Source of the DNA: Chrysomallon squamiferum
Taxonomy: Eukaryota; Animalia; Mollusca
Assembly (NCBI GenBank): GCA_012295275.1
Contig: CM022678.1
Span: 1,798,001 to 1,862,000 of the forward strand
Length of the DNA: 64,000 nt
Direction of reading: 5' to 3'
The notes under the pieces were generated by a model. The model searched no databases. It worked only from the letters and a program-made list of their open reading frames with translations, and was not told where the DNA came from. Shown piece after piece: positions 32,139 to 49,297 of the stretch (positions within the stretch are counted from its first letter, which is position 1; each line of letters opens with the position of its first letter). The translations under genes were made by a program, and so were the position numbers.

Positions 32139-32544
32139 AATAAATAAAGAATATTTCGCGGTTGTATCGCGATACGCAATGAGTTAATCTATCAATATTC
32201 AACGCTGCACCCGTTTCGTTATTTCTCGTTCCACTCAGTGCTCGAAGAACATTTATTACGAACTTTCCCAATCAAAGGGCAGGCACATAAAGAAGATGTC
32301 TTGCTAATCCAAAAAATATTTGACAAGAAATATTTAATGATTAAAATCATTCATTATTTTTCTTATTCGACATAACTGAAAACAGTATTTAGCAATTAAA
32401 AGTAGACGAATTAAAATGGGTAAAAAACGGGTAAAAAATAACCAAATATAAACATCATTAACAGCAACAGTAATAGCAGTAATAAAAAAACAATAACAAC
32501 AACAACAACAACAACAACAATAATAATAATAATAATAATAATAA

Positions 32545-32575
<31 letters not shown>

Positions 32576-32780
32576 AAGAAGAAGAAGACGAGTTAAAACA
32601 ACAAAACAATAATAACATAATATATATTATAAGGGAACAATAATAACATATAATAATAATAATAATAAGAAGAAGAAGAAGAAGAAGACGAGTTAAAACA
32701 ACAAAACAATAATAACAAATATATATTATAAGAAATAATAAGAAGATATAAGAAGAACAATAACAAGAATAATAATAAAA

Positions 32781-32811
<31 letters not shown>

Positions 32812-33274
32812 AAGAACAAGAAGAAAGCAAAGAAAAAAGGTAGAAAAGAAAAAGTAAGAAAAAAGTAAATAAGAAGAAAACAACAAGTTAAAAATGCAAG
32901 AAAAAAAAAACACACGAAAATAACACAGTCACAATAAACACCTTTTTGTTTTTTTAAACAAAATCTGAAATGTAAGTAAACAGCTAAATAAAAAGAATTC
33001 CAGGTATTCATGTTACAGGTGCGAAAAGTAATGGTGAGTTTTACCTGTGTAAGAAGTACCTGGCCCAGGTAACTGAAACGCTCGTGCTGGTAAATACATA
33101 CACAACTGTATATGGCGTTTTAACTTTTTATTAATACCCACTGACAGCCAATGAGAAGTGCGAGAAATCATCCAGGTACGACAACGAATACCAGGGGTTC
33201 AGATAATGAAATTTAGTTATTAACAGGAGATAGGAAATCTCATAATTAGCTGATAATATATATTATACAGGACA

Positions 33275-33340
<66 letters not shown>

Positions 33341-34609
33341 CACACACACACATATATATATATATACACACACACACACAAACACAAATTCATAGGTACA
33401 AACACAAAAACACATACATATATGCACACATACATACATTCATACAAAAAGACGTAAAACATATATACATATATAAACGTTCATACAAACACATATACAA
33501 AAAGTATCGTAGGTACATATATACATATACATACATTGTATGGACGTGTATAATGTTGATACATTTATTCATATACAGACATAACGAAGAAAATAAAATC
33601 ACTGCAAACAGACGGGGGGGGGAGTACAGTTTTTTCTTTTTTAAACATGCGGGATTGTAATGAAAAGGTGAAGATAATGAACAATTTTACGCCAAACCTC
33701 GAAGTCTCGATTAACTAATTATTACTGATGTAATACGGCAATCGACAAAAAATAAAATAAAATAAAATATAATATAAAAAAAAGTATAAAAGTAAATAAT
33801 TAAAATAATAAAGTATTTTTGATATTGAATATGATGACGTCAGATATTGTAAATTAAATGAACTAAGATAAAATTACCATAAAGAAAATGAACTGAAATA
33901 ACTGTATATAATAAAAATTATAGAAAAAAAAAAAAAAAAAAAATAAATTAAAGGATTTGTTTGTTTCTGTAGCATTAATATTATTTATTTTATTTATTTA
34001 TTTACATTTTATTTTTGGTCCTTTTTGTTTTTCTACTCGTTTATTATTATTATTTTGCTGTTTTGTTTATTTATTATTATTTTAATTTTTTAATTATTTT
34101 ATTTTCATTTTCGTTTACATTAATTGCCATGGTTATTTTACTGAATTTTATTAATTAATTAATGGTATTTATTTATTTATTATTTTATGAGTAATAAACA
34201 GTATTCATTGTATATTTGATTACTATTTTTATTGTCGGTTGTTATTGTTAATGTTGTTATTGTTATTGTTATTGTTATTTTTGACAACTTCCACTTACAG
34301 TTAGGTAGCGGAAAACGAAACCTTTTGACCTGTTAAACTCATTTTGCCGAAAACAATGAGAAATTTATTCCGGTGGTCAGCCAATAAGCATATTGAATTA
34401 CGAACTGTCAGTATCTTTATCCCATCAGACAGCCTGGCAACCGACAGTCACGTGACGTCTCAACAATCAGTGACGACACTCGATTCCTTGTGAAAAATCA
34501 CTTAAGAGCCCTGTCTTAAAATACGGCTACAAAATTCCGTAGCGGGATATCCTGTAGTGTAATGATATAGGCCGAATTTGTTTTGCGTAATGAACCCCAT
34601 TTTCCCAAA

Positions 34610-34644
<35 letters not shown>

Positions 34645-35526
34645 ATTAAATAAAATAAAATAATTATACAGGACGTTTTAACAAAGTATGTGTTTTAAAT
34701 TGTGACGATAACTACCACTCCTACTACAACGACCACGAAGTGTAAGTTCAACAACAACAACAACAACAAAAGTAAGTAAATAGATAAATATTTTTTTTCT
34801 CACCGTAAATATTATTGTTATCTTCTCGTTGATTGTTTTTCCCACTCAAACTTAACCAAATGTCGTCTGCATCATAAAGGGGCCAAAACTTGCGCAACAC
34901 TTCATTTTATACCTTTTTTTTTAAAAGCCGTGAAGGTCAATGTCCTCTTTAAAAAATAATTAAACACGAACATTCACCGCTGCAGAACCCCAATCACATT
35001 CCGCCAAATTAGTAAAATCACCAAGGTGGTTTCTTCACTAAGGTTATTTCATATTTTGTTATTATTACTTAATTTTCTATTTATTTATTTATTTATGATC
35101 ATTTTGTTTTTATTTCATTTGATTTCGTTTTGTTTGTTTGCTTTAGTTTTTTCTTTAAACTATTACTGTTTGTTGTTGTTCTTTTTTTCTTTCTTTTTTG
35201 TTGTTGTTGTTGTTTTTGTTGTTGTTGGGTTTTATTTAATGTATTTAATTATTGTATTTTGGTATTATAGAATAAACTTTCCGAAGTAAATAAAAATAAT
35301 CAAGAAAATAGTCAGCTCATATTTACGTCATAATAAAATATGAAATGACGTCATAGACATCATCCTGCATTATTATTATTATATCTTGTTTTACTGAAGA
35401 TATAATAATAATTATGGAGGAAGTTTTAACCATTTATTTAAGGAAGGTGAACAAGAAAAAAAGAAAAAGAGGTTAAGACAGAGAGGCTGAGTGAGTGAAT
35501 GGGAGAGAGAGAGACAGAGTGAATGA

Positions 35527-35689
<163 letters not shown>

Positions 35690-36596
35690 AAATATGGAAA
35701 AAATAGTGAATAGAAAGAAAAAAAGAAAGAAAGAGGACAGAAAAGACAGACAGAGAAAGAAAAATATCTTTGTCTTTGATTTGTGTTTTTGAATGTATGT
35801 ATTTGTACGTGTATGTGTGCCTGGTTAAACATATAAAAGTTTTATTTGTGTCTCTGAATATTTTATTTGAGTGTCTGACCTTCAAACGTGTTTTTTTTTA
35901 TAAATACTGTTAACCTTGTTTTTATATAAACATTTTCTTTTTCTTCATATCTCATTAACTCTTGGTATAATGACGCAGAAATGTGTGTGTGTGTGTGGAT
36001 GGACAATTCAATGGGCATGGCTTCATGAATCGATGCATGTAAACGTATAAACGTATATAAGTACTGATACAAATACGTATGTAGGTAAAAAAAATATATA
36101 AAATCAATTATTTGATATAACAGCTTCCTTAAGCACACACGTACCCACAGATGCACAAACAGACAGAGATCAGGGTGGGGCTGGGGCTGGGGGTGCGGGA
36201 TGGTTGTCCTCTGTCACTGTGTGTGAGTTCCTGTACTTGTCTGCAGTGGTGCACGTGCATACGAATTTGAAAAAAAAAAAAAAAAAACTTTTTAAATATG
36301 CATGTTGACGAGATCGGCTCGGAAACAATCGGCAATTTGACCGTCACGCCGAATTAGAAATCGTGACGATGTAAGACGTAGTAAGACACAACAACGACGT
36401 CACCGTTCAAACGTGGCACGCGTTTTCTAAAACTTCTTCATTTAAATATCTTGGATACGTCATGGTGGTAATGTTGTTGGTTGTATAATAATGATGATGA
36501 TGATGATGATGATGACTGTGATGATGAGTATCAGGACTAAGGCAGACAAAGATACGGAACACGAAATAAAATAAAAATGAAATAAAGTAAGGCCGT

Positions 36597-36668
<72 letters not shown>

Positions 36669-36799
36669 AATTAATCCTCTATTTCTGTGTAGCTAAATTA
36701 TTTATGAAGTGTGAACAAACATTTTAAAAATCAGCCAAAAAATTTAAAATATTACACAACATAAAAGACCTGTAAATCATATCTAGGTGATTTTTCACC

Positions 36800-36842
<43 letters not shown>

Positions 36843-37699
36843 TATAAATTAATAAAACTAGTAATAGCAGCAGCGAGAGTAGGGTGCTTGTGACAGTAGT
36901 AAAATTCATCACTTTTAAAATCTACTTCCGTAAGAACAAAGCGAATGGATTGCCGAAATAATACGGAGATAACCGAACTTTGTCGATGGTTGTAAGACAC
37001 GTAAGTCTTTGTCACTGAAGATATTATTTCTGACGTGTCACGCTAATGAACAATCGCTTTCTGTGATAATTGGAAAAAAATGAAAGGAAGGGAGAAATGC
37101 ACTAGTTCTTATTAAAATAATAATATAAAGTAAAGAGAAAAAAAAATGTGTTTGTGTATATATATATATATAAATAAATAAATAAAATAAAAATAAAATT
37201 AAAAATTAAATTAATAATAATAATAATAATAAATAAAATGTAATATACCCTAACCCTAATCCAACCCTAATATATATAATATGTTTTCTTTACATTACCA
37301 TCATACTCTATTATTATTATTATTATTATTATTATTAAATATTATTATTTGTTATCTAATTTTTTTTTATGTTATTTATTTTATTTTATTTTATTTTATT
37401 TTTTTTTATTAATGTTATTTATTTCATTTTTTTTTTTTTCTATTTATTTTTTTTTTTTTTTTAAAAAAAGAATCAGTTTCAGTATATATATATATATATA
37501 TATTACTTGCGGATGTGACAAAAGCGAGGTAGGCCGAGTGAAGATGATACGCGCTAAACAACGGACTAGTTTATTTGATACGAGTCACGTGACAGTCTCG
37601 CGTTGTGTTCTGTTTACTGGCCACGCCTCTGCACATACCAACTCGTTCACGCTTCAGTGCTGATCCGAGGCACGTTTTTTTTTTTCTTTCTTGTATTGC

Positions 37700-37761
<62 letters not shown>

Positions 37762-37889
37762 GGATGAAATTTAAGATGGTAATGTAATTAAAGTGCTTTT
37801 TATCCCATATCCACCTCGGTTTAAATTACATATCTATTTCAACCTTTGTAATGATATAAAATGTGAACGTGTGTGTATGTGTATGTATG

Positions 37890-37925
<36 letters not shown>

Positions 37926-38892
37926 TGTGTAGTTATGCTGTCATTAATATGTGTATGTATGTATGTATGTATGTATGTACGTATATTATGTATGTACATA
38001 CATATATATATATATATATTCGTATGTTAAGTTTTTTTATAAGTATGTATGTATGTATGTAGCGTATTTGTAACGTCTATATATAGTATATGAATGTATG
38101 TATGGTTGTGCGTGTTTATGCACATATGTATGTGTATATGTTAGTGTATGTATGTACGTATGCTTGGAAGTTTGATTGAAGATATGTAAAAGAGTGTATC
38201 TGTGTGTGGCGAATCTCCCATATAACAATGATACATACACAGTAGAGAAAATGTGGCAGTCCTCCTAACAAACAGTGAAACATCGGCTCATAGACAGCAT
38301 ACCTTGTGTCTGATCTGTCAGCAAAAATACCGCGATGCTGATGCGAAGGATTCAAACCTTAAAAGATCCCGGATCTTAATAGCTCGACCACTGATTCAGA
38401 GACTAGTCCATCTTGTGGAAAGTTAGAAATACAACAACAGAGAATACCTAACGAGGTTTGCCCACCTACTGTACAATGCAGCTGTTCAGATAATTATTAA
38501 TATAGCTTTAGTTACGCTCGGTACAGTGTTGTATAATTACACGGTTTAGTTACTGCATTTTACTTAAGGCTTTGGTTATCACTGTAACAACCCGTTATCG
38601 GCCGAATGCCGTTATGTGACTGTTATTTACTAAGTGTTTGTTTTTTTGTTTTTTGTTTTTTTATTATTATTATTTATTTAAAGTTATTTAATTAACTGTA
38701 ACTTCAAACGATATTTATCTTAATCATCATCATTTAATTTTAACTGGAATATCTCTTGACTAAAATGTAAATTCTGATCAGGTAAAATCTGAAATTTAAA
38801 CATTTCGTAAAGTTTGATTTAAAACTGTTCATTTTGTTGGATCTTCCGAAAGTGTATGTGTATATATTTGTGTAATAATAATAATAATAATC

Positions 38893-38958
<66 letters not shown>

Positions 38959-39572
38959 TTACTATTTCAAGTATTAATTATTTAAGAAATAAATTCAAAC
39001 AAATAAATAAATATCTTGTTTTATCAGCCCAAATATTTCACTTAAAATTAAACGTTTCTTAAAAAAAACACCACTTTATGAACTGCTCCTACCAGTATTT
39101 TACATTATTTCTAAAGATTTATTGATTCGCTCCTTGCCACGTTCGCCAGGACATTTCATCTACAAAACATTTAAAATGGCGTATCGAGTATCGTCTGCTA
39201 ATTGTAACCGATTAAATAAGGCAACGAATGCGCTTCGGACGTAAAAGACTACACGGAAATCTGGGCTCGGCCGTTTCCGACGTAGGCGGACATAAATTTA
39301 CTAGAATCAGCTCGTTCACTCATGGATTTCGTCAGCTCACTCATGGTAAGAACCCAATCAACGCACGCGCTGCCGGCAACGTAATGGGTGGCAGAAAAAA
39401 CCTCGTGTCCACCATCAACAGACAACAGACTGGCAGAGAGAGAGAGAAAAAAAATCGACGAAATTTTAATAAAACCTTCGTCTTTATGACTGGAAAAAAT
39501 TGGCGGAGATTGTCGAGAAGGCGTTAGAGTTCGTGTCGGGTGAACAGAAATGCTACTAAATAACGTACTTAC

Positions 39573-39720
39573 CATGCTTAGAGAAATAACATCCCACTCG
39601 CCGCTACTTCTGCGATTTTCACGATACACGTGAAGGTTTGCGCGTGCGCACTGGAGCGGTATGAGGCGGTTTGTTCTCCTTGAACGTATCGACCGGCAGA
39701 GTCACCACCACACTCGCACA
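39573..39720 (-). promoter_or_regulatory. Probable promoter and non-coding first exon of the PiT gene
   Basis: CpG/GC-rich island with an NRF1-like TGCGCGTGCGCA (39639-39650), an E-box CACGTG (39627-39632) and a consensus donor ATG|gtaagt at 39572. PiT coding exon 1 starts with an acceptor, so an upstream exon is required. Confidence 0.55.
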
Positions 39721-39819
39721 CAGGCTGAGTTTGTGGAAATCGAATCGTGAGCCAGAGGGAAAGAAGAAGTCGATTTAATCAGGGTCGTATCCTGGGTGGG
39801 GGGGGGAATAAATTTAAAA

Positions 39820-39916
<97 letters not shown>

Positions 39917-40773
39917 CAAAACTACTTTGGTTTTAAGTTTAAAGCTGCTATAAGTTCATTTGTGTAAATGTGCGTGCGTATTTGATGATGATGATGATGA
40001 TAATAATAATAATTTAAAAATTGTTAAACTATTTTACTTTCGTTTCAGTCAAATCTATAATACATAACATATAAAAAAGAATGAATTTTATTTTCTATTT
40101 AAATTTTGTAAAAATAATTTCATTTTAATATTGATATCATCACTGTTGTTGTTGTTATTATTATCATCATCATCATCATTATCACTACTGCTAAGAGTAA
40201 TAATAAACAAATAAACTAATAAATAAATAAATAAATAAATAAATAAAAACTTATTGTTAAAGAATAATAATTAAATAAAACATACTGTATAATAATTTTT
40301 AATTTTTTTTTTTTTTTTTTTTTTAACTTCCTTAATTTTACCATCAAAGGGAACAAAGAATGTTTGGATAATTTGGCGCCATCTCGCACGAATTGCTTCC
40401 TGCTTCGAAGAAATTGCAAAGTATTAATTAACTCTGACGTCAGAATAACGTAACACACATACACACACACACACACTCACACTTCTCTAAGTACATAAGT
40501 AGAAACAAAATGAAATATAAATATAATAACAAACCTCGTTCTCGATCAACTAGCGTAACGCCAAATTCTTAACTTCGTTTGTTTTCGCACGTGTTCGTCG
40601 ACTTGGCATCCTGCTGTTCTGTTTGACGTTGTATTTCGCGCGCGGTTTCAAGGTTCGGGGAATTCCGTACGCGCAGCTCTCGGAAGAGCCAATGAAAATC
40701 TGTATAAGGGCATGCTGCATCTAAAAATAGCTCGACAAACATTATTTTGTGAAGCGAAGCAAAACATTAAGTA

Positions 40774-40836
<63 letters not shown>

Positions 40837-42007
40837 GTTTATGTATATTTGCTTTTATAACTTTTATTCAACATAATAATAATAATAATAATACACCCAC
40901 GATCTATTCTAAGCTACTCTTATTTCCGCTGTTTTGGATTCGCTATTAATCAAACGCGGTTAACTTTTTCTCTATATATGTACTTTTAATCTCATATTTT
41001 TGGCTTCATATTTTTACATTATATAATTATGTAAATTTATACTGTTATAACGAGAAAAGGTAGATATAAATATATTAATATATATATATACACACACACA
41101 CACATATAGATATAGACTGATATTATTATTACTGTTATTATTATTGTTATTATTATTGTTGTTGTTGTTGTTATTGTTATTGTTGATGTTTTTGTTGTTG
41201 TAATTGTTATTGTTATTGTTTTTGCAGATGGTATTAGTACACATATACATACATTTATACATACATACATACATTCATACTACATATACATATTACAAAC
41301 ATGCACACATACATACACACCTACACACATACAGACATACACACACACATACAATACTACATATACATATTACAAACATGCACACATACATACACACCTA
41401 CACACATACAGAAATACACACACACTTACAATACTAAATACACAAACTTACACACATACATACACAGATACATACGCACATATAATAGTAATTCTCTCTG
41501 CTGTAAATATTTATAAAATGTTTGCCTGTGGCTTGCTTGTTTAAACGTTTCTGTTTTACCGCTGGCGGGACACGTCTAGCTGTTCTACGCTGCTTTAGGC
41601 TTCACGTTACACACGTTTGTATCCGTCAGTTCATCAGTCTGTCAGTGTTAATGTCCGTTACGTCACACTCCACGGCGTTACGCAGACACCTGCCACGTGT
41701 AGCTGTACTAAATTAATTTACTACTGCGTCCAGAGTAACAGACACACTTCAAGTCAGCTTGACAGACAGACAGACAGACAGACAGACAGGCGATGTCTAT
41801 TACTCAGTACATTCGTTTCTAAATCTGTGTTTATTAATTAATTAATTTATTTATTTTAAAAGAAATGGGGGGGGTCTTACGTTCGAGTCTCGTCAGCGGC
41901 ATTTGACAGGTTTGTGAGGTCGAGATTGGACTTTGTCCTCCTGCGCCAGTGCGTGCACAGTCTATTCAGACATAAATGCCTAAATATATACACAGATACA
42001 CACACGC

Positions 42008-42045
<38 letters not shown>

Positions 42046-42505
42046 CAGAATGTTCAAGCTACTTTATTAATTATTTTATTATGTGACTCTTTTAACATTT
42101 TAACACGTTCACACGCAGAGACTCACACACGCACACACTAATAATCCATACACGCACGCACGCACGCACTCACACACACACATACACAAAGCGGTCACTC
42201 TACCACTGGACTACATTCTAAGGTAAATACTGACGTCATAGCTTGTTTGTTTGAAATTCCCTGACAACCTGGTTGAATAGTTCAATGAACTCGCTGTACT
42301 ATTAACAATCTTTCCCTAGCACCAAGTACCGCGCGTGCAGTAATATACACGATGTTTTGATGACGTCATTGACTACATCAACATACCGAGTACGCTATGA
42401 AAACAAAAACAACACACTTGAAAATCCTTGTTCAGATATCAAATCATAAATTTATAAACCGTCAACAACAAACGGGAAGAACTTACATAAGTTAATAATC
42501 AGATA

Positions 42506-42536
<31 letters not shown>

Positions 42537-44139
42537 CTTCTCCGGTAAATTGTTTCTGGTCTTATGAAGTTATGTTTTCTGTATCTCTCGTTTTATTTAT
42601 TTCTTGCCTTCTTTCTATCTTTGTATTTCTTGTTCTGTCTTTAACAGAATCTCCCCAAACCTTGTATACTTCATCTTGACTCGAAGCTTCCATTTAGTTC
42701 AAGATAGACGCACATCTATCTGTCTGTCTGTTTGTCTGTCTATCTGTCTATCTATCTATCTAACATAGACGTACACTCGTGATTTTAATTCTAATTTTCG
42801 ACACTTCAGTGCAAAATTTAGTTTAACTCTGATATTTTACGTCTTAAATTAAAAATGTATATTTTCAATTGCAGTTTTTTATTTTAATTTTTTTTTAAAT
42901 TTTTATTATTATTATTATTATTTTTTTTTTTTTTTATTTTTTTATTTTATTTTTTTGTTCAGTTCCTACCGTTCGTGTATAAAACTCTAAACTTTTTCTT
43001 TCTGAATACATTTTTTTTTTTTTTTTTTTTGGCTAAATCTGGACTCGACTTTTTCTTAACTTCAGCGTATGAATACGGTTTATCGTTTTGACGTCTGCGC
43101 ACTCGAAGTTGAAGCGTCTCACCTTTCGGTTTTATTTCGATCAACTTCAAAGGAAGCGACCCAACTTCCACCTGTATCCGTTACTACATCCTGTCACCTT
43201 GATCACTGTCGTCCACCTTTGATCTCCCGAGTCACCAGAACAATGCCTGCACACACTTTACACGTGTAATTCGGAACGACCTTGTGCGCGAAAACAGTCG
43301 TCTGTCACATTTTTGGACAGATTTCACCGAAAAACAAAGTCCACACATCCGAGTTTAGCAGACTCCGGTTACAAAGGTGAACGAGAATCATGTCAGTTTC
43401 CCAGGTGTGACAATGCAGTTGTTATCTACCTGAGTGCATGTGTGTGTGAGTGTGTGATGTGTGTGTGTGAGTGAGTGTGTGTGAGTGTGTGTGTGTGTGT
43501 GTGTGTATGTGTTGTGTATTATGTGTCTGTGTGTTTGTTTGCGTATATCTGTGCATATGTGTGTATGTATGTATGTTTTTGTGTTGTGAGTGTGTGTGTG
43601 CCTGTGTGTGTGGGTGATCATATGCTTCTACGTCAATACTAAAATACGCATACGCACACATACATTCACACGCATACGCATATATATATATATATTAACA
43701 AATACATAGATATATCCGTACGCATTCATTTATATTCGTAAACACACGCATAGGTGAACATGGATGTAAATGCACGTATTTGTTTTAGATATGCACCTTT
43801 GTATGTATGTATGTATGTATGTATGTATGTATGTATGTATGTGCATGTATATTATGTATGTATATTTGTTTGAATATAACAATTCTAACATAAATAATAA
43901 TAACATTAACGATAATTAAAAGTAATGATGATGACTATGATGATAATGATGATTGTGGTGGTGGTGGTGATGATGATGATGATGATGATGATAATAATAA
44001 TAATATCAACAACAATATCAATATCAAGACTAACATGTACTTTTCTTCAGTTCAAAAATTTAAAAAAAAATATAAAAAAATTAAAAAAAATCTTTTCTTC
44101 TGTAAAATAATTTGACCGGTATTTTCATTTCATTTTATT

Positions 44140-44174
<35 letters not shown>

Positions 44175-45451
44175 TCAGTAAACATCAACTGAGAATTAAT
44201 TTGCCAAAACAAGAAATCAGCATTTCTCAACTGGGGGAAGGTCACGTGCACAATCCCGCCAGCTGTTGAAAACGCAACAGCTGCGCAGTCACCAGTGTAG
44301 CACAAGTGACGTACAAAGAAAAGTTATCACAGAATAATTACATTGTAACACAAGTGATGACGTCGACTGTAGCAGGATCGAGTCACGGGACTTCCATCTG
44401 TGTGTCCTTGCGTACATCCATCCATCCGTAAGTCCGTTCATTCATTCATTCATTCATTCATTCCGTCCTTCCATTTATTCATTCGTTTACTAATTTAATT
44501 TATTTATTCATTATTTCATTCCTTTATTCATTCTTTCATTGATCTCTCCGTCAGTTTTTCTGTTTTCATCTGTCTATCCTCTAATCGATCTCTCTGGAGA
44601 TGATTTTTACTGATGTTTATGATGATAATGATAATAAGCAAGATGATGACAACAGATAGGCACACACACACCCACACGCACGCACGCACGCACGCACGCA
44701 CACACACACTGCCATACATATCTGGGATTTCAAAAAAAACAGAACGATTATGACTTAAGCCAATTCGTTCGAACAGAAAGAAAGAAAAAAAAAAAAAAAA
44801 TGACTGCTTTAGCAGAAGACTGCTTTATTAATAAATTCAACAGAATGTGTAATATCTGCTGAGGTCACGTGAGCACATGTATAACACGTGAACAGTCATT
44901 CGCGTCGACTGGTAAGAGTATGAAATATGTTTTTACTTTTGCTGGGTTGTTTTATATTTAGTCACAGTCTGATTATAGAGGTCTGTCTGTCAGTAAACAT
45001 AGGTAGAAAAACACAGAGAAGGAGAAAAAAGAAAGAGAAAGAAAGATGGAGAAATAATGCGATTATAGATCAATAATATCTGTGTGTATGTACACATACA
45101 TACATACATACTTACATCAATACATACATACATATATATACATATATACATACATATATATATACATACATACATCATACGTACATACTTACATACATAC
45201 ATACATACATACATCATACATACGTAAACACATACTTACATACACACATATATAGATAAATCCAGAAAAATGCATAATGCACAAACACACACACATACAA
45301 ATATATACATATATTTATATATACACAGACATCCATACACATACACACACACACATACACACGTACACTCCTATAGAAATATATTCTGACACATGTACAC
45401 TGACACACATACTTACACGTAACGCACATACACTGACACACTCATACCCGC

Positions 45452-45496
<45 letters not shown>

Positions 45497-45959
45497 CACG
45501 GAAAAGCGAGAGATAAAATATGCACTTTAAATAAAACAAGGTTAAAACAACAAATAAATTCATAACCTCAGTTTCATGCTTGTCATGCAGTAAAAGGATT
45601 TTTTATTTATTTTTTTATTTATTTATTTTATTTATTTTTCTGATTGGACTTTGCATGTCTATAATTGTTATACAAAACTTATTAATAGTAAGTTACTTTC
45701 ATTAATTAATTAATTAATTTTATTACGTATATTTATTTTATTTAGTTAGTTAGTTAGTTAATTAGGTAATTTTTATTTTATATGTGTGTGTGTGTGTGTG
45801 TATGTGTGTGTATGTGTGTGTGTATTTGTGTATATATATATATATATTGTTTATTTTTTAAAATTAATTATTTTTGTGAAGTATTTAAAAATAATAACGT
45901 GGGTTTTTAAAAATGTAACAGTCATAAAGTAGAAGAAGGAAATAAGAGTGAGAGAAGAA

Positions 45960-46377
<418 letters not shown>

Positions 46378-46891
46378 AAAAAAGATTGATACTATATATT
46401 ATACACACATGCATATATATATATAAAAACTAACCTACCTGAGGTGATGTGATGTTAAGGTATGTTCATTGCATCACTCATTTACCTGTGTTCTTACATG
46501 TTGTGTAAGTATCATAGATAAAGAAATAATAAACACTTTTCAGTGACACGTCACTTGTGTAAACTGAACCAATCACTCGTGCATGAAATTAAACTACATT
46601 TTAAACGTTATACATACATCATAAGCTACACCCCCCCTAACTATAAATTTTAAACTCAAATATAAATTTTATCTTAAATGTAAACATAATATTTAAATAT
46701 ACTTTCATCATGCTAGTCTTGGTTTTTTTTTTTTTTTTTTTTTGTAATCTGTAAATTTACTGTTAGTAAAAATATTTTGTAATTTTATTAAGCTGTTGTT
46801 ATTATTTGATTTTTTATATATGGAATCTTATAACTAAAATTATTATTATTTTTTGTTATTAGTGATTATTATTATTTTTATTATCATTCTT

Positions 46892-46971
<80 letters not shown>

Positions 46972-47057
46972 CGAAGCTGAATACTTAGATCAGAATATCC
47001 TGAATGCATCATGTCATACAATCCAAAGATAGCAGAGAACAATAAATAAATAAACAA

Positions 47058-47112
<55 letters not shown>

Positions 47113-47978
47113 TTTAGAAAAAAAAAAAGAAGAATATAAGAGAGAAAGAATAAAGAAAGAATCGAGAAAGAAAGAAGGTACACGAGGAGAAGCAACGACG
47201 ACGACATCAACAACAACAACAACAAAATTCACGCACGCTTTACGGAGCAAAGATAAAACTGACTTGACCCGTCAAAGCGTGAACGTGAAACGAGATTGTT
47301 CACAGTCCAGCAAGAGTTACGTCCCTTGATACTAAATGTATGGTGTGTTTAATTTTTTTTTTTTTTTTTTTTTTTTTACATTTCCAATATTAATGTCTTG
47401 TTTTTAGTTTCTTATATTCTTTTTGTGTTGCATGAAAATATAATTTTTATTTTAATCTATTCGATTTTTTTAATTTATTAATTTAATTTAATTTAATTTA
47501 ATTTAATTTAATTTAATTTTTATTTTATCTTATTTAAAACTTCAGTTAAAAAGCTCGAACAAAACACACGAATACTATTTTATTATTATTATTATTATTT
47601 TTCATAAATTTCAAATTGTTTGTTTTTTAATTTTATTATTATTATTATTATTTTTCATAAATTTCAAATTGTTTGTTTTTTAATTTTATTATTATTATTT
47701 ACTTTTTGATAACCGCTGGCTTCGTGTTATTTATTATGTTCTGTACATACAAATGTAAACAAACACACGTACATTCAAACACGTTGTGAATGTTTTTCTG
47801 TTACTTGATGTTAATTAGAGATTTAATGCTGACGGAAACAGGCAGTTTTAAGATAAAATCTTTAATTTCAGAAGACAGCACGCAGTGTCTCCCAGTTTCA
47901 GTCAGAAACACGTGGTCGTAGCAGACGTCATTACTGATAACTAATCACGTGACCGTTAACAATTACCCCAGTAATGAG

Positions 47979-48093
<115 letters not shown>

Positions 48094-48122
48094 GACAGAC
48101 AGAGAGAGACAGACAGACAGAC

Positions 48123-48213
<91 letters not shown>

Positions 48214-48931
48214 ACGTATGTGAAATCTGAAATGTAAATTCTTGGGAGCAAACCGAATTTAAATATTAACATAAAAAAGTCATTAATGATAATGATAATA
48301 ATAATATAAAAAAAGAGAATAATAATAATAATAATAAATAAATAAATAAAATAATAATAGTAATAATATTAATAATAATAACATAAAAGTAAAAATAAAA
48401 TATAAAATAATAAATAACAAAAAAATGAATAATAATAATAATAATATAATAAATGAATGTATACGTGATAATAGACTACATATATGCCAATGAATAAAAA
48501 TTTTAATATCGAAATGAATAATACATAACAAACTGAAACCGAAGCAAAACGAGCAGCATGAAACAAATAAAGATAAAGTAAACTGAATGAAAAGAATAAT
48601 AAAAAAACAGATAAACTAAAATGCAGAAAAAAAATTTAAAAAAAAAAAATAACAGCAGCAACTTACAAACAGAAAGAAGAAAAAAAGGAAAAAAGGTAAG
48701 ACAACAAGAATAATAATGAATCAGCTTTTCAGTTATTAATATTCTAAATAATAATAATAATAATAAATAATAATAATAATAAAATAATAATAATAATAAT
48801 AATAATAAAATAAAATAAAATAAATAAAAATAAATAAAGAAATAAATGAATAATAATGATAATAATGAAAATAATAGTAATACTAATATTACTAATAAAT
48901 AATACTAAATAAATATATATAAATGAAAATA

Positions 48932-48971
<40 letters not shown>

Positions 48972-48988
48972 TAATAAAAATAATAATA

Positions 48989-49019
<31 letters not shown>

Positions 49020-49297
49020 TAGTAAAAGTAATAATAATAATAACAGTAAAAGTAATAATAACAATAAGCACGACAACAACAATAATAACAATAACAACAA
49101 TAAAAGTAGTAGTTGTAGCAATAATACTAAAAATAATCGTAAATTAACACATCAGCAAACAACAATAATAAAACGATATACAGCGACAGCACGTATACTT
49201 TCAGTCCACTGTACAAAGTCACGTAGGTTTGTTTATTCGTAAAAGAAAAAAAAAAAATCGTGAGTAAACGTTTTTGAAACGTCACAAGTAAAGAGTT

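Noticed and set aside
37248-37270. CCCTAA telomere-like repeats
   Set aside because: Only 2-3 imperfect units, too short to call an interstitial telomeric sequence.
39249-39629. 126-aa minus-strand ORF at the PiT promoter
   Set aside because: It has a non-ATG start and no recognisable domain, and it reads through a consensus splice donor into the probable intron.
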